This document shows positions 45,625 through 54,454 of a DNA stretch of 64,000 nt, in pieces. The notes below the pieces were generated by a model. The model was not told where the DNA came from and did no database searches. It was given only the letters and a program-made list of their open reading frames with translations. Each line of letters begins with the position of its first letter. Position 1 is the stretch's first letter. Source of the DNA: a virus. Taxonomy: Duplodnaviria > Caudoviricetes. The translations under genes were made by a program, and so were the position numbers. The stretch lies in IMG/VR virus record IMGVR_UViG_2876118799_000002, positions 4,755 to 68,754 of that record; one strand, given 5' to 3'.

Positions 45625-47292
45625 ATGAAAAATCAAATACTTAAAAAAATCTATCGTGCGGTTGTTTACCTGCGCCTTTCTGACGAAGATGGTGATAACA
45701 GGGAAAGCGACAGCATATCAAACCAGAGGATACTAATCCATAGCTTTTTAAAGAGCCACCCTGAAATTCAGGTGGTAAAAGAATGTGTAGATGATGGATA
45801 TACCGGCACAAACTTTAACCGCCCCGGTTTTCAGGAAATGCTGCGTATGCTGGAAGAGGGGGAAGCAGACTGTATTATTGTCAAAGACCTTTCCCGTTAT
45901 GGAAGGGACTTTTCCGGTGTTTTACAGTATGTGGAACGTATCCTGCCGAAAATGGGTGTGCGCCTGATCCTTGTCAATGACAATTATGACAGCCTCACGC
46001 CAAATCGTGATTTCCTTACCCTGAGATTTAAAAGTTTAATCAATGACCTTTACCCTGCGGATACTTCCAAAAGTGTGCGTTCCCATTTGTATGTCAAAAT
46101 GACAGCCGGGCAGTGTGTAGCGCCTTTTGCTTTTTATGGTTATCTGAAATCCGAAGAGGATAAACATAAGCTGGTCATGGACGAAGTGGCAGCTTCTGTT
46201 GTACGGGATATTTACCACATGAAAATGCAGGGCTACAGCCTGACGGATATATCCGAAGAATTAAACCGGCGTGGGATCTTGACGCCTCTTCGGTATAAGC
46301 AGGTATATTTAAAACAGAAATTAAAGACAGGGTTCCGTCTGACGGAAAAACCGGTCTGGATGCCAACTATGGTGCGTCGTATCCTTCTTGATGAACGCTA
46401 CACCGGAGTGCTGATACAGGGAAAAACCACAACGCCAAACCATAAAGTAAAGGTTGTGATCCACAAAGAGGAAGCTGAGTGGATACGGTATGAAAATGCT
46501 TTTGAGCCGGTTATCAATAGACACCAATATGAAGTGGTGGGCAACCTGATGAAAATGGATACCATGAGAGGTGCAAAGGGGCTAGCGCTTCTTTCAGGCC
46601 TGGTAAAATGTGGGGACTGTAAAGAAAGCATGGTACTGAAAAGCCCAGATAAAGTCCACCACTATTATGTATGTTCGACGTCCCTTTATGAAAAGCAGTG
46701 CAGTTCCCATAGTATCAGTGAGAAAAAACTGGTAGGGGCTGTGACAGAAGCAATCCTGCATTATATTTCTGTTCTGGTGGAGTTGAAGGAGATACTGGCG
46801 TATGTAAAAACTGCCTCAATCCCAAGACAGCGGCTTTTGGAAGAAGACAAAAAACTGGAGATGCTGGAAAAGGAGAGCCAGAGAATTTTAAACATTAAAG
46901 TAAAACTGTATGACAGTTTTGCAGAAGAAATCCTGGACCGGACAGAATTTGAAACCTTCAAAGCAAAGTATGACCAGTCTTTAGAGGAAATCCGGCAGGC
47001 AATGGAGTGCCAGCAAAGGGAAATCCGAAACTTGCAGGAAACCCTTGAAAAACAGCAGGAGTGGCTGGAATATTTTCTGGAATACCGGGACCGGACGGAA
47101 GTGGACCGCTTAATGCTGGTAAATCTGGTCAAACGGATTGAGGTATATGAGCAGAAGCGCATTATCATTCATTTTTGGTTTGAAGATGAATTTGAAAAGG
47201 TATTGGGACTGCTGGAAACAGTAAACAGGACAAAGCCGGATCAGCGTGTGGAAGCCTTCCTGAAAGGAAAGGGGGCGGAAGCAAGTGCCTAA
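45625..47292 (+). CDS. Large serine recombinase 1 of triplet
   Basis: YLRLS catalytic motif, DDGYTG, KDLSRYGR, recombinase domain, CGDC...C...C zinc ribbon, coiled coil. Confidence 0.95.
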   Translation: MKNQILKKIYRAVVYLRLSDEDGDNRESDSISNQRILIHSFLKSHPEIQVVKECVDDGYTGTNFNRPGFQEMLRMLEEGEADCIIVKDLSRYGRDFSGVLQYVERILPKMGVRLILVNDNYDSLTPNRDFLTLRFKSLINDLYPADTSKSVRSHLYVKMTAGQCVAPFAFYGYLKSEEDKHKLVMDEVAASVVRDIYHMKMQGYSLTDISEELNRRGILTPLRYKQVYLKQKLKTGFRLTEKPVWMPTMVRRILLDERYTGVLIQGKTTTPNHKVKVVIHKEEAEWIRYENAFEPVINRHQYEVVGNLMKMDTMRGAKGLALLSGLVKCGDCKESMVLKSPDKVHHYYVCSTSLYEKQCSSHSISEKKLVGAVTEAILHYISVLVELKEILAYVKTASIPRQRLLEEDKKLEMLEKESQRILNIKVKLYDSFAEEILDRTEFETFKAKYDQSLEEIRQAMECQQREIRNLQETLEKQQEWLEYFLEYRDRTEVDRLMLVNLVKRIEVYEQKRIIIHFWFEDEFEKVLGLLETVNRTKPDQRVEAFLKGKGAEASA

Positions 47293-48976
47293 GGTAAGCA
47301 AAAGAGGACAGAAAAGACAAAACAGTAAGCCGGAAGTTAAGTATCTGAGAACCTATATTTATGTAAGGCTTTCCGAAAAGGACGGAGGGCATGGCAGAAG
47401 AGATTCCATTTATATCCAAAAACAGATCTGTGAAGACTACGCAAAGAAACACCCGGAAATGCTGGTGGTAAAAGTCTATGCGGATAATGGTGTGACAGGT
47501 ACAACGTTCCAAAGGGACGCATTTGAAGAGTTGATGGAAGATGTGGCAAATAAAAAGGTTGACTGCATCATTGTAAAGGATTTTGCCCGGTTTGGAAGGG
47601 ACGCCTTAGATGCTGTAGATTTGATTGATGTGATTTTCCCAACCTTAAATATCCGGTTTATTTCCGTTATGGACGAATATGACAGCGCAAACCCAGCTTG
47701 TGTAGAAAACAGGACCACCAATATTTTGAAACACTTTATGAATGATTATTATGCCAGGGAAGTTTCAGAGAAACTGGTACAGGCGCACCGGCTGTCCAGG
47801 GAACGGGGAGAGTTTTGGGGTTCCAGACCTCCTTATGGATACCAAAGAGCAGAGGAAAACAGTAAGAAGCTGGTGCCGGAACCAGAGGAAGCAGAAATAA
47901 TCCGGCAGATTTTTTACTGGTATGTGTTTGAAGAAATGTCAAGCTATGATATAGCAAGGGAACTGAATGGTAAAAAGGTATTAGGACCGGAGGACAGCTA
48001 CCAGAAAAGGAAACAGGGAAAGGAGCCGGAAAAAAGGCGGTTATGGAGATCAGACGGTATCAGGAAGATTTTACAGAACCCCGTTTATATAGGTGCTGCT
48101 GTTTATGGGAAAACAAAACAGATGCTTGCGCAGAATATTCCCCTTCAGATGATACCAAAAGAGCAGTGGGAAGTGTGTGAAAATGCCTGGGAAGCAGTTG
48201 TGGAACGGGCGATTTATGAGAAAGCACAGGAAATTGCAAAGGAACGCTGGAAAGATACGTTGGATAACTGGGCTGCAAACCCAAAAGAAAAACAGGGGGC
48301 AGATGGCCCTTTTAAGGGAAGGATTTTCTGCGGGCATTGCGGAAGACGTCTTGGAAGAAGCAGGAGCGGAGGTAATGAGAAACACAAATATATGGTTTAT
48401 AAATGCCCTTCCTTTTCCCTTACAGATCATACGGAATGTTTCCGGACGGTGAATGAAATTTACATCAATCAGGCAGTCAAGGCAGCACTCCGCTACCAGA
48501 TCCAGCTTGCTGTAGAAAGTAAGAAAACCTATGGTGCAGAGTTTTATCAAAAGCTGGAGCAGGAGGTAGCAGAAAAAATAAAAAATGCCAGACAGAAGTA
48601 TGAGAAATATGGAAGAAAACTGGAAACCTTGTTTGAGCATTATGCTACCGGGCTGTTGGACTGCAAGGAATATCAGGAGATTAAATCAATCTATCAGGAA
48701 GAACAGCAAGCAGCCAGGCAGAATATGAAGCAGATACAGCTTCGTGGACAGCACCTGTTAGATCAGGTGAAGGCAAGAATGGATTGGACAGAGGAACTTC
48801 TAAAGTACCAAAGATTTCAGAAGATAGAGAAAGGAATTGCGGACCGCTTTATTGAAAAGATTACGGTATATTCCAAAGACTATGTGGAAATCGTGTTCTG
48901 GTTTGGGGATTTATTTGAAAAGGAGCTGGAAAAAGAACTAGACAATATGGAAGGAGGTCTTCCGTATGCAGTGTGA
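47285..48976 (+). CDS. Large serine recombinase 2 of triplet
   Basis: YVRLS, DNGVTG, KDFARFGR, CGHC zinc ribbon. Confidence 0.95.
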   Translation: MPKVSKRGQKRQNSKPEVKYLRTYIYVRLSEKDGGHGRRDSIYIQKQICEDYAKKHPEMLVVKVYADNGVTGTTFQRDAFEELMEDVANKKVDCIIVKDFARFGRDALDAVDLIDVIFPTLNIRFISVMDEYDSANPACVENRTTNILKHFMNDYYAREVSEKLVQAHRLSRERGEFWGSRPPYGYQRAEENSKKLVPEPEEAEIIRQIFYWYVFEEMSSYDIARELNGKKVLGPEDSYQKRKQGKEPEKRRLWRSDGIRKILQNPVYIGAAVYGKTKQMLAQNIPLQMIPKEQWEVCENAWEAVVERAIYEKAQEIAKERWKDTLDNWAANPKEKQGADGPFKGRIFCGHCGRRLGRSRSGGNEKHKYMVYKCPSFSLTDHTECFRTVNEIYINQAVKAALRYQIQLAVESKKTYGAEFYQKLEQEVAEKIKNARQKYEKYGRKLETLFEHYATGLLDCKEYQEIKSIYQEEQQAARQNMKQIQLRGQHLLDQVKARMDWTEELLKYQRFQKIEKGIADRFIEKITVYSKDYVEIVFWFGDLFEKELEKELDNMEGGLPYAV

Positions 48977-50540
48977 TTTTGTTTTTGCTTATCTGCGTCT
49001 TTCCAGAGATGATAAAGAAAAAATGGAGGAAAGCAACAGCATTAAAAATCAAAGGCTTTTAATTCAGCACTTTGTAGAAAACCAGCCGGAGTTTGCAGGG
49101 GCAAAGTTTTTCTTCTTTGTAGATGACGGTTACAGCGGTACAACGTTTGACCGCCCGGAATTTAAGCGCATGATGGGGCTGATTACCAGGAGAAAACGAA
49201 TCTGTATCATTGTCAAAGATTTGAGCCGCCTGGGAAGGGATACCATAGAAACACAAAACTATATCGAAAAAATATTTCCGTTCCTTGGGGTGCGTTTCAT
49301 TTCAATCAATGATTTTTATGACAGCAGCCAGAAACCTTCCGAAAGAAAGGATACGGAGATTAAATTTAAGAACCTGATCAATGGGATTTATCCCCAGATT
49401 TGTTCCAACAATATCAAAAAAGTTATGAGGAAACAGGCTGAAATGGGACAATATCATGGTTCAATCCCAACATACGGATATTGCTTCCATGACGGTGTTC
49501 ATACAAAACTTCATCTGGATATGGAGGCAGCTTCCGTTGTAAGGGGGATTTTCGACCAAAGGTTGGAAGGAAAGACCTATGCAGACATTGCCAGGGACCT
49601 GAATAAAAAAGAAGTTGAAACACCTACCGTATACCTTCAAAGGAAAGGCTGGGCGCCGGAAGCAAAGAAATCTGTGAAATTCTGGGACGGAAATTTAGTA
49701 AAGCTGATTTTGTTTAATCCGGTTTATGCAGGACTGACGGTAAGAGGGAAAACAGAAACCAGGGTTCCGTCAAAAAGAGAGTACCGATATATTTCAAGAG
49801 AGGATTGGATTTGCGTAAAAGGAGGACACGAAGCGATTGTAACGGAGCAGGAGCTTCAGAAGATCCAGGACATGGTACAGAAGGACAGAAAATATTATGG
49901 GCGGACACCGTCTTCTGAGAATATTTTTTCAGGTTTGATCCGTTGCGGACATTGTGGTCGGAAAATGCGGATACGGACAGAATACAAAGAAAAGCCGATT
50001 TATTGTAAAAGTGTTACGACAGCCCCCAATGCTTCCTGTTATCCAAAGAAATATAAGCAGAAAGAGTTGGAAGAACTGGTGCTAATTATGATAAGACAGC
50101 AGGTAACCCTTGCAGAGGATACCATAAAGCAGTTAAAGAAAGCCAATCAGACTTTGAATATTCCGAAACTCCGATATCGAAAAAAGCAATATGAAAAGAA
50201 GCTGGCGCTTCGTAAACAGGAGAAAATGGAACTGTATGAACAATATGCAGAAGAACAGATTTCTTTGAAAGATTACCTGGCACGAAAACAAACCTGTATG
50301 GAGAAGACAGCAGTTTATCAGCAAAAGATACAGGAGATAGAAGCAAGAATTTTAAAAGGGGAGGAGAAAAAACAAAAGGAGAAATCAGAGGGACTGCAAC
50401 TTTTTGTAAAATATAAGGGATTGGAAGAGCTGTCTTATGAAGTTCTGCATGAGCTGATTGAAGTCATAAATTTTTATGATCCGGAACATATTGAAATTGT
50501 ATGGAAATACAGGGACGAATTTCTGGAAGCAATAGGATAA
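48966..50540 (+). CDS. Large serine recombinase 3 of triplet
   Basis: YLRLS, DDGYSG, KDLSRLGR, CGHC zinc ribbon. Confidence 0.95.
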   Translation: MQCDFVFAYLRLSRDDKEKMEESNSIKNQRLLIQHFVENQPEFAGAKFFFFVDDGYSGTTFDRPEFKRMMGLITRRKRICIIVKDLSRLGRDTIETQNYIEKIFPFLGVRFISINDFYDSSQKPSERKDTEIKFKNLINGIYPQICSNNIKKVMRKQAEMGQYHGSIPTYGYCFHDGVHTKLHLDMEAASVVRGIFDQRLEGKTYADIARDLNKKEVETPTVYLQRKGWAPEAKKSVKFWDGNLVKLILFNPVYAGLTVRGKTETRVPSKREYRYISREDWICVKGGHEAIVTEQELQKIQDMVQKDRKYYGRTPSSENIFSGLIRCGHCGRKMRIRTEYKEKPIYCKSVTTAPNASCYPKKYKQKELEELVLIMIRQQVTLAEDTIKQLKKANQTLNIPKLRYRKKQYEKKLALRKQEKMELYEQYAEEQISLKDYLARKQTCMEKTAVYQQKIQEIEARILKGEEKKQKEKSEGLQLFVKYKGLEELSYEVLHELIEVINFYDPEHIEIVWKYRDEFLEAIG

Positions 50541-50674
50541 GAAAGAACCGGGAGAGCTTATTGTCTTGGATTCCAGTAGAGAAGAAGATTTCATAAAAGA
50601 GGAGGAAAACGCTACGGTGTCTTCCTCTTCTTTGTATTAGGAGAAAATTTGGCAAAGAAGATGGGGGAAGAGCC

Positions 50675-51145
50675 ATGTATCTTGAAACATATTCTATGGA
50701 AGAACTGATGGAACTGATAGAAGAGAAAGGATATTGTTCTGTGGAAGCAGTAGAAATTCTGAAAGAAATGGAACAGGCAAAAAAAGAGTATGATTTTTTA
50801 CTCCGGGATTGTAAGGAAAAAGCGTGGAAAACAGACCAGGTGGTAGTTGATTATTACAGGTATCTCTTGGAAGAATTGCGGAAAGCGTTGCCCTATGATG
50901 CTATGGGAGGTCAGCACACGATTCCGATTCTGGTATTGCAAGAGTTCCGGAAACAGGATATTGTAGAAAAAATCAGGAATTTTATAGGCTGTCAGGCTGG
51001 GTTTTCTGATCATGATCTGTTACAGGAAATACAGAAATTTATTACCGTACATCTGGACCCGCAGGGAATTATCCTCTATATGGATGTACTGGGGAATCAG
51101 CCAGTGGCAAGGAATGCTTACAAACAGGGAGGACAAATGTGGTAA
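50675..51145 (+). CDS. Hypothetical protein
   Basis: Open frame with RBS-like ggggaag; overlaps the next gene. Confidence 0.65.
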   Translation: MYLETYSMEELMELIEEKGYCSVEAVEILKEMEQAKKEYDFLLRDCKEKAWKTDQVVVDYYRYLLEELRKALPYDAMGGQHTIPILVLQEFRKQDIVEKIRNFIGCQAGFSDHDLLQEIQKFITVHLDPQGIILYMDVLGNQPVARNAYKQGGQMW

Positions 51146-51885
51146 AAGAAAGAGTATTGGCGGTTCCGGATACAAGCATTTTTATTGCAGAACTGCCGGA
51201 AGCGACCAGAAACATCATAAGAAAAGACTTAGAAGAACACGCAAGAGAACATCATTACCGGCTGGAGTGGGATTTGAAAAATAAAGACTATGTAGCAATG
51301 AGCCGGAGATTTTGCGATATGGAAGACATTTATATGGATACCCATCTGCATTTTTGTGAGGCAGGGGAGGATATAGAGCCCTATGAAAAAAGCCTGCAGC
51401 GGACCATTTCTATCAGGTTATATCAAGACGAAGTAGAAGAACTCTGTAGGAAGTCTGGAAAAGTTGGGCTGTCAATCGGTGAACTGTTTGAAAACTTTGT
51501 TGCAGATTTGATTTATGGTACACATACCAATGGTTCTGATGAACGCATGTATATTGAGCAATGGTTTGACCGGTGCTATTTCAGTATTATGCCAGAGGAA
51601 ACATTTTTATCTTATCTGCTTGAAATGCGGGAGATAGACAGTGTTTTGGAATGCTGGGAAATCTTGCAGGAGTTGAAGGATCTGGAAGAGCCGGATTGTT
51701 ATGATAAAGAGGAACTGGAGATACAGCAGAACACCTTGGAAGAATATTTTCAGGAATATAGAACCTATACAAGAGAACCGACAGAAGACCAATTGGAAGC
51801 TGCTATGGAAAAGGTGCTGGAATGGAATAAAGAAAGAGAGTATTTGTTGGAGGGAAATGTTCCAGAGAAGTCTTTGGGACGGTAG
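51139..51885 (+). CDS. Hypothetical acidic protein (mobile-element associated)
   Basis: ggagg RBS; FVADL..GT.TNGSDERM motif; no function assignable. Confidence 0.7.
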   Translation: MVKERVLAVPDTSIFIAELPEATRNIIRKDLEEHAREHHYRLEWDLKNKDYVAMSRRFCDMEDIYMDTHLHFCEAGEDIEPYEKSLQRTISIRLYQDEVEELCRKSGKVGLSIGELFENFVADLIYGTHTNGSDERMYIEQWFDRCYFSIMPEETFLSYLLEMREIDSVLECWEILQELKDLEEPDCYDKEELEIQQNTLEEYFQEYRTYTREPTEDQLEAAMEKVLEWNKEREYLLEGNVPEKSLGR

Positions 51886-51910
51886 CCGGATTGGAGAAAG
51901 GAAGAAAACA

Positions 51911-52435
51911 GTGATAAGTAATGCGGAAAGAATTGTGTTAAGAAATATGTACCCACCGGGGTGTCGGGTAGAGTTGGAAGATATGGAAGCTGATCCGTAT
52001 GTAAAACTGAGCCCCGGTGATTTAGGAACTGTACAGTTTGTAGATGATGGCGGACAGATACATGTATCCTGGGATTGTGGATACAGCCTTGCTATGGTGT
52101 TTGGTGTAGATCATTGCAAATGTGTTATGAGAGAGGAACGTTTGCAGGAGATATTACAAAGGATACAGGCTATGCCATTTGAGAGCTTGGAAAAAATGGA
52201 ACGGTATGTTATGGAAAAATTATCAGGGGTTTTTCCTAAAATCAGTTTTCAGAAGAAAGAAGGGCAGGAGGTTTTTGTAGATATGGGAGTTGCCGCATTT
52301 ATGAAGAAGGGTCTTGGTGTGGCAATTCAATATGAAACTGACAGCCAGCAGCACATCTTTATAAAAAAGATGGAAATGCAGGGACAGGATATTAAAGGAA
52401 AATTTGTCTTTCAAATGCAACAGAAACAGCGGTAG
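51911..52435 (+). CDS. DUF4314 domain protein
   Basis: YPPGCRVEL..M..DPY....GDLGTV..VDD.GQIHVSWD.G.SL; GTG 51911 after aaagga RBS. Confidence 0.75.
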   Translation: MISNAERIVLRNMYPPGCRVELEDMEADPYVKLSPGDLGTVQFVDDGGQIHVSWDCGYSLAMVFGVDHCKCVMREERLQEILQRIQAMPFESLEKMERYVMEKLSGVFPKISFQKKEGQEVFVDMGVAAFMKKGLGVAIQYETDSQQHIFIKKMEMQGQDIKGKFVFQMQQKQR

Positions 52436-52531
52436 ATTGAGAACAAGGATAGTAGAAATAAATAAGATTGTGATGATTAGTAATATTTGATAAGATATAA
52501 ATAAAATTTATAAGAATATCGGGGGAACGAT

Positions 52532-53806
52532 ATGAGGTATTGCTGTGAAAAATGTTTTTCTAATAAGTATTTAAAAGAATATATCTTATCGGAGAGGAAT
52601 GTAGGAAAATGTGATTATTGTAATTCCAATGGAGTAAATATTATTTCTACAGGAGAAATAGGAGCCTATATCCGAGAGTGTTTAAAAAAAGCGTATGAAG
52701 ATATAGAAAATGGTACAGGGGCGTATTGGGACTCAGAAGAGAAACAATATTGCAATCGGACAGGAAGGAGTGTAGCTCCTTATTCAATCAGAGATATTTT
52801 AGTAGAAGAAGAAAATGTTTTAAACGAGGCTGTTATAGATACGACTATATTGGAAGATATATTTTCAGATTCAGGGTTAAGTTTTGAAGAAAAAAAGCAA
52901 GGGGAATCAGATGTATTTGAAGATATAGATAATTGTAATTTGGTACTTAAAGATGATTTATATGGCCTTGAGGCAACAAAAATGTATTATACATGGGAAT
53001 TTTTCAAGTATATTACAAAATACTATAATAGATTCTTTGATATAGATAAGGATTGCCAGAGAAGAGATTATTTAAAAGAATTAGTACCATATATTTTAGA
53101 ATATGATACTGTTATAAAAGCAGGAACGATTTATTATCGAGCAAGGAAATTGAACGATGAGAAATTACATGATCTGGATTATGCAGGGGTTTACAAAGAA
53201 ATGGCTCCTGCACCCCCTAAATATGCAACAACAAATAGAATGAGTCCAGCAGGTATTTCATATCTATATGTTGCATCAGATAGAGAAACGGCATATAAAG
53301 AATGTCGATATAAAGATGCAACAGTAATGGTTGCTGAATATGTATTAAAAGAAGAATTGACAATTATTGATTTTTCTCAAGTTGCTTTTGTTACTACCAA
53401 AAGTATATTCAGCGAAGAATATGATCATGATTTACGTTGGATAAATAATTTTCTTGATGCATTTATTAAAGAGATAACCTCTCCAGTGGATGATAAAAAA
53501 GAGGATCATTCCTATGAATATGTAGCAACTCAGGTTATAGCAGAATATATAAGAAGCCTAGGATATGACGGAATATGTTTTAATAGCAGTGTAGGGAGAG
53601 GAAAAAGTTATGTATTTTTTTGTGGGCCAAACATGGAGTACAGTTCTGATGGATATGATTATATAGATGAATATTTATGGGATACTTATCCTAAATTGAC
53701 ATATTTTACGGACTGGTTTGATATTCAGAAGCTGGAATACAATTATGTTTTTCAAGATGGGGTTAAATATCGAGTGGAGAAGAAAATTGTTTTAAAAGAC
53801 GAGTAA
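52532..53806 (+). CDS. RES-domain protein with Cys-rich (HEPN/RES-associated) N-terminus
   Basis: YYRAR, NRMSPAGISYLY, AYKE, GYDGICFNSS; CxxC...CxxC N-terminus; very AT-rich. Confidence 0.8.
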   Translation: MRYCCEKCFSNKYLKEYILSERNVGKCDYCNSNGVNIISTGEIGAYIRECLKKAYEDIENGTGAYWDSEEKQYCNRTGRSVAPYSIRDILVEEENVLNEAVIDTTILEDIFSDSGLSFEEKKQGESDVFEDIDNCNLVLKDDLYGLEATKMYYTWEFFKYITKYYNRFFDIDKDCQRRDYLKELVPYILEYDTVIKAGTIYYRARKLNDEKLHDLDYAGVYKEMAPAPPKYATTNRMSPAGISYLYVASDRETAYKECRYKDATVMVAEYVLKEELTIIDFSQVAFVTTKSIFSEEYDHDLRWINNFLDAFIKEITSPVDDKKEDHSYEYVATQVIAEYIRSLGYDGICFNSSVGRGKSYVFFCGPNMEYSSDGYDYIDEYLWDTYPKLTYFTDWFDIQKLEYNYVFQDGVKYRVEKKIVLKDE

Positions 53807-53829
53807 TTCTGATTAACTCAAACTATTAT

Positions 53830-53862
53830 GAAAGATTGCTGAAATAGGCAGTCTTTCTTTTT
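53830..53862 (+). terminator. Intrinsic terminator after the RES gene
   Basis: gaaagattgc...gcagtctttc then T-tract. Confidence 0.75.
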
Positions 53863-53905
53863 GTGTAAATTCAATATTTTTTTTGGATATTACTTGACAG
53901 GATAG

Positions 53906-54439
53906 GGTAAATCCACGCTGCTGAACATGATCGGCGGATTGGATGTGCCCACCTCCGGCCAGGTGGTCGTGGATGGCAAGGAGCTGTCCAAACTCAAAGA
54001 CGAGGAACTGACCGTTTTCCGCAGAAGAAAGATCGGCTTTATCTTCCAGAATTACAATCTGGTACCGGTGCTGAATGTCTTTGAAAATATTGTGTTGCCT
54101 GTGGAGCTGGACGGAAACAAGGTAGACAAGAAGTTTATGAACGAAGTAGTGCAGATGCTGGGGCTTGAGGATAAGCTGAACAATATGCCCAATAACCTCT
54201 CCGGCGGCCAGCAGCAGCGCGTAGCCATTGCCCGCGCCTTGGTGTCAAAGCCCGCTATTGTCTTGGCTGATGAACCCACCGGCAACCTGGACAGCAAGAC
54301 CAGCGCCGATGTGCTGGGGCTTCTGAAAACTACCAGCCAGAAATTCCACCAGACCCTCGTAATGATTACCCATAACAGTGAGATCGCCCAGCTTGCCGAC
54401 CGCATTATTCGGATCGAGGATGGTAAGATCGTGCAGTAA
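53906..54439 (+). pseudogene. 5'-truncated LolD/MacB-type ABC ATPase
   Basis: Frame starts mid-Walker A (GKSTLLNM) right after an in-frame TAG at 53903; about 40 N-terminal codons missing relative to paralogs at 5691 and 63326. Confidence 0.85.
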
Positions 54440-54454
54440 AGGGGGGGCGGGACT

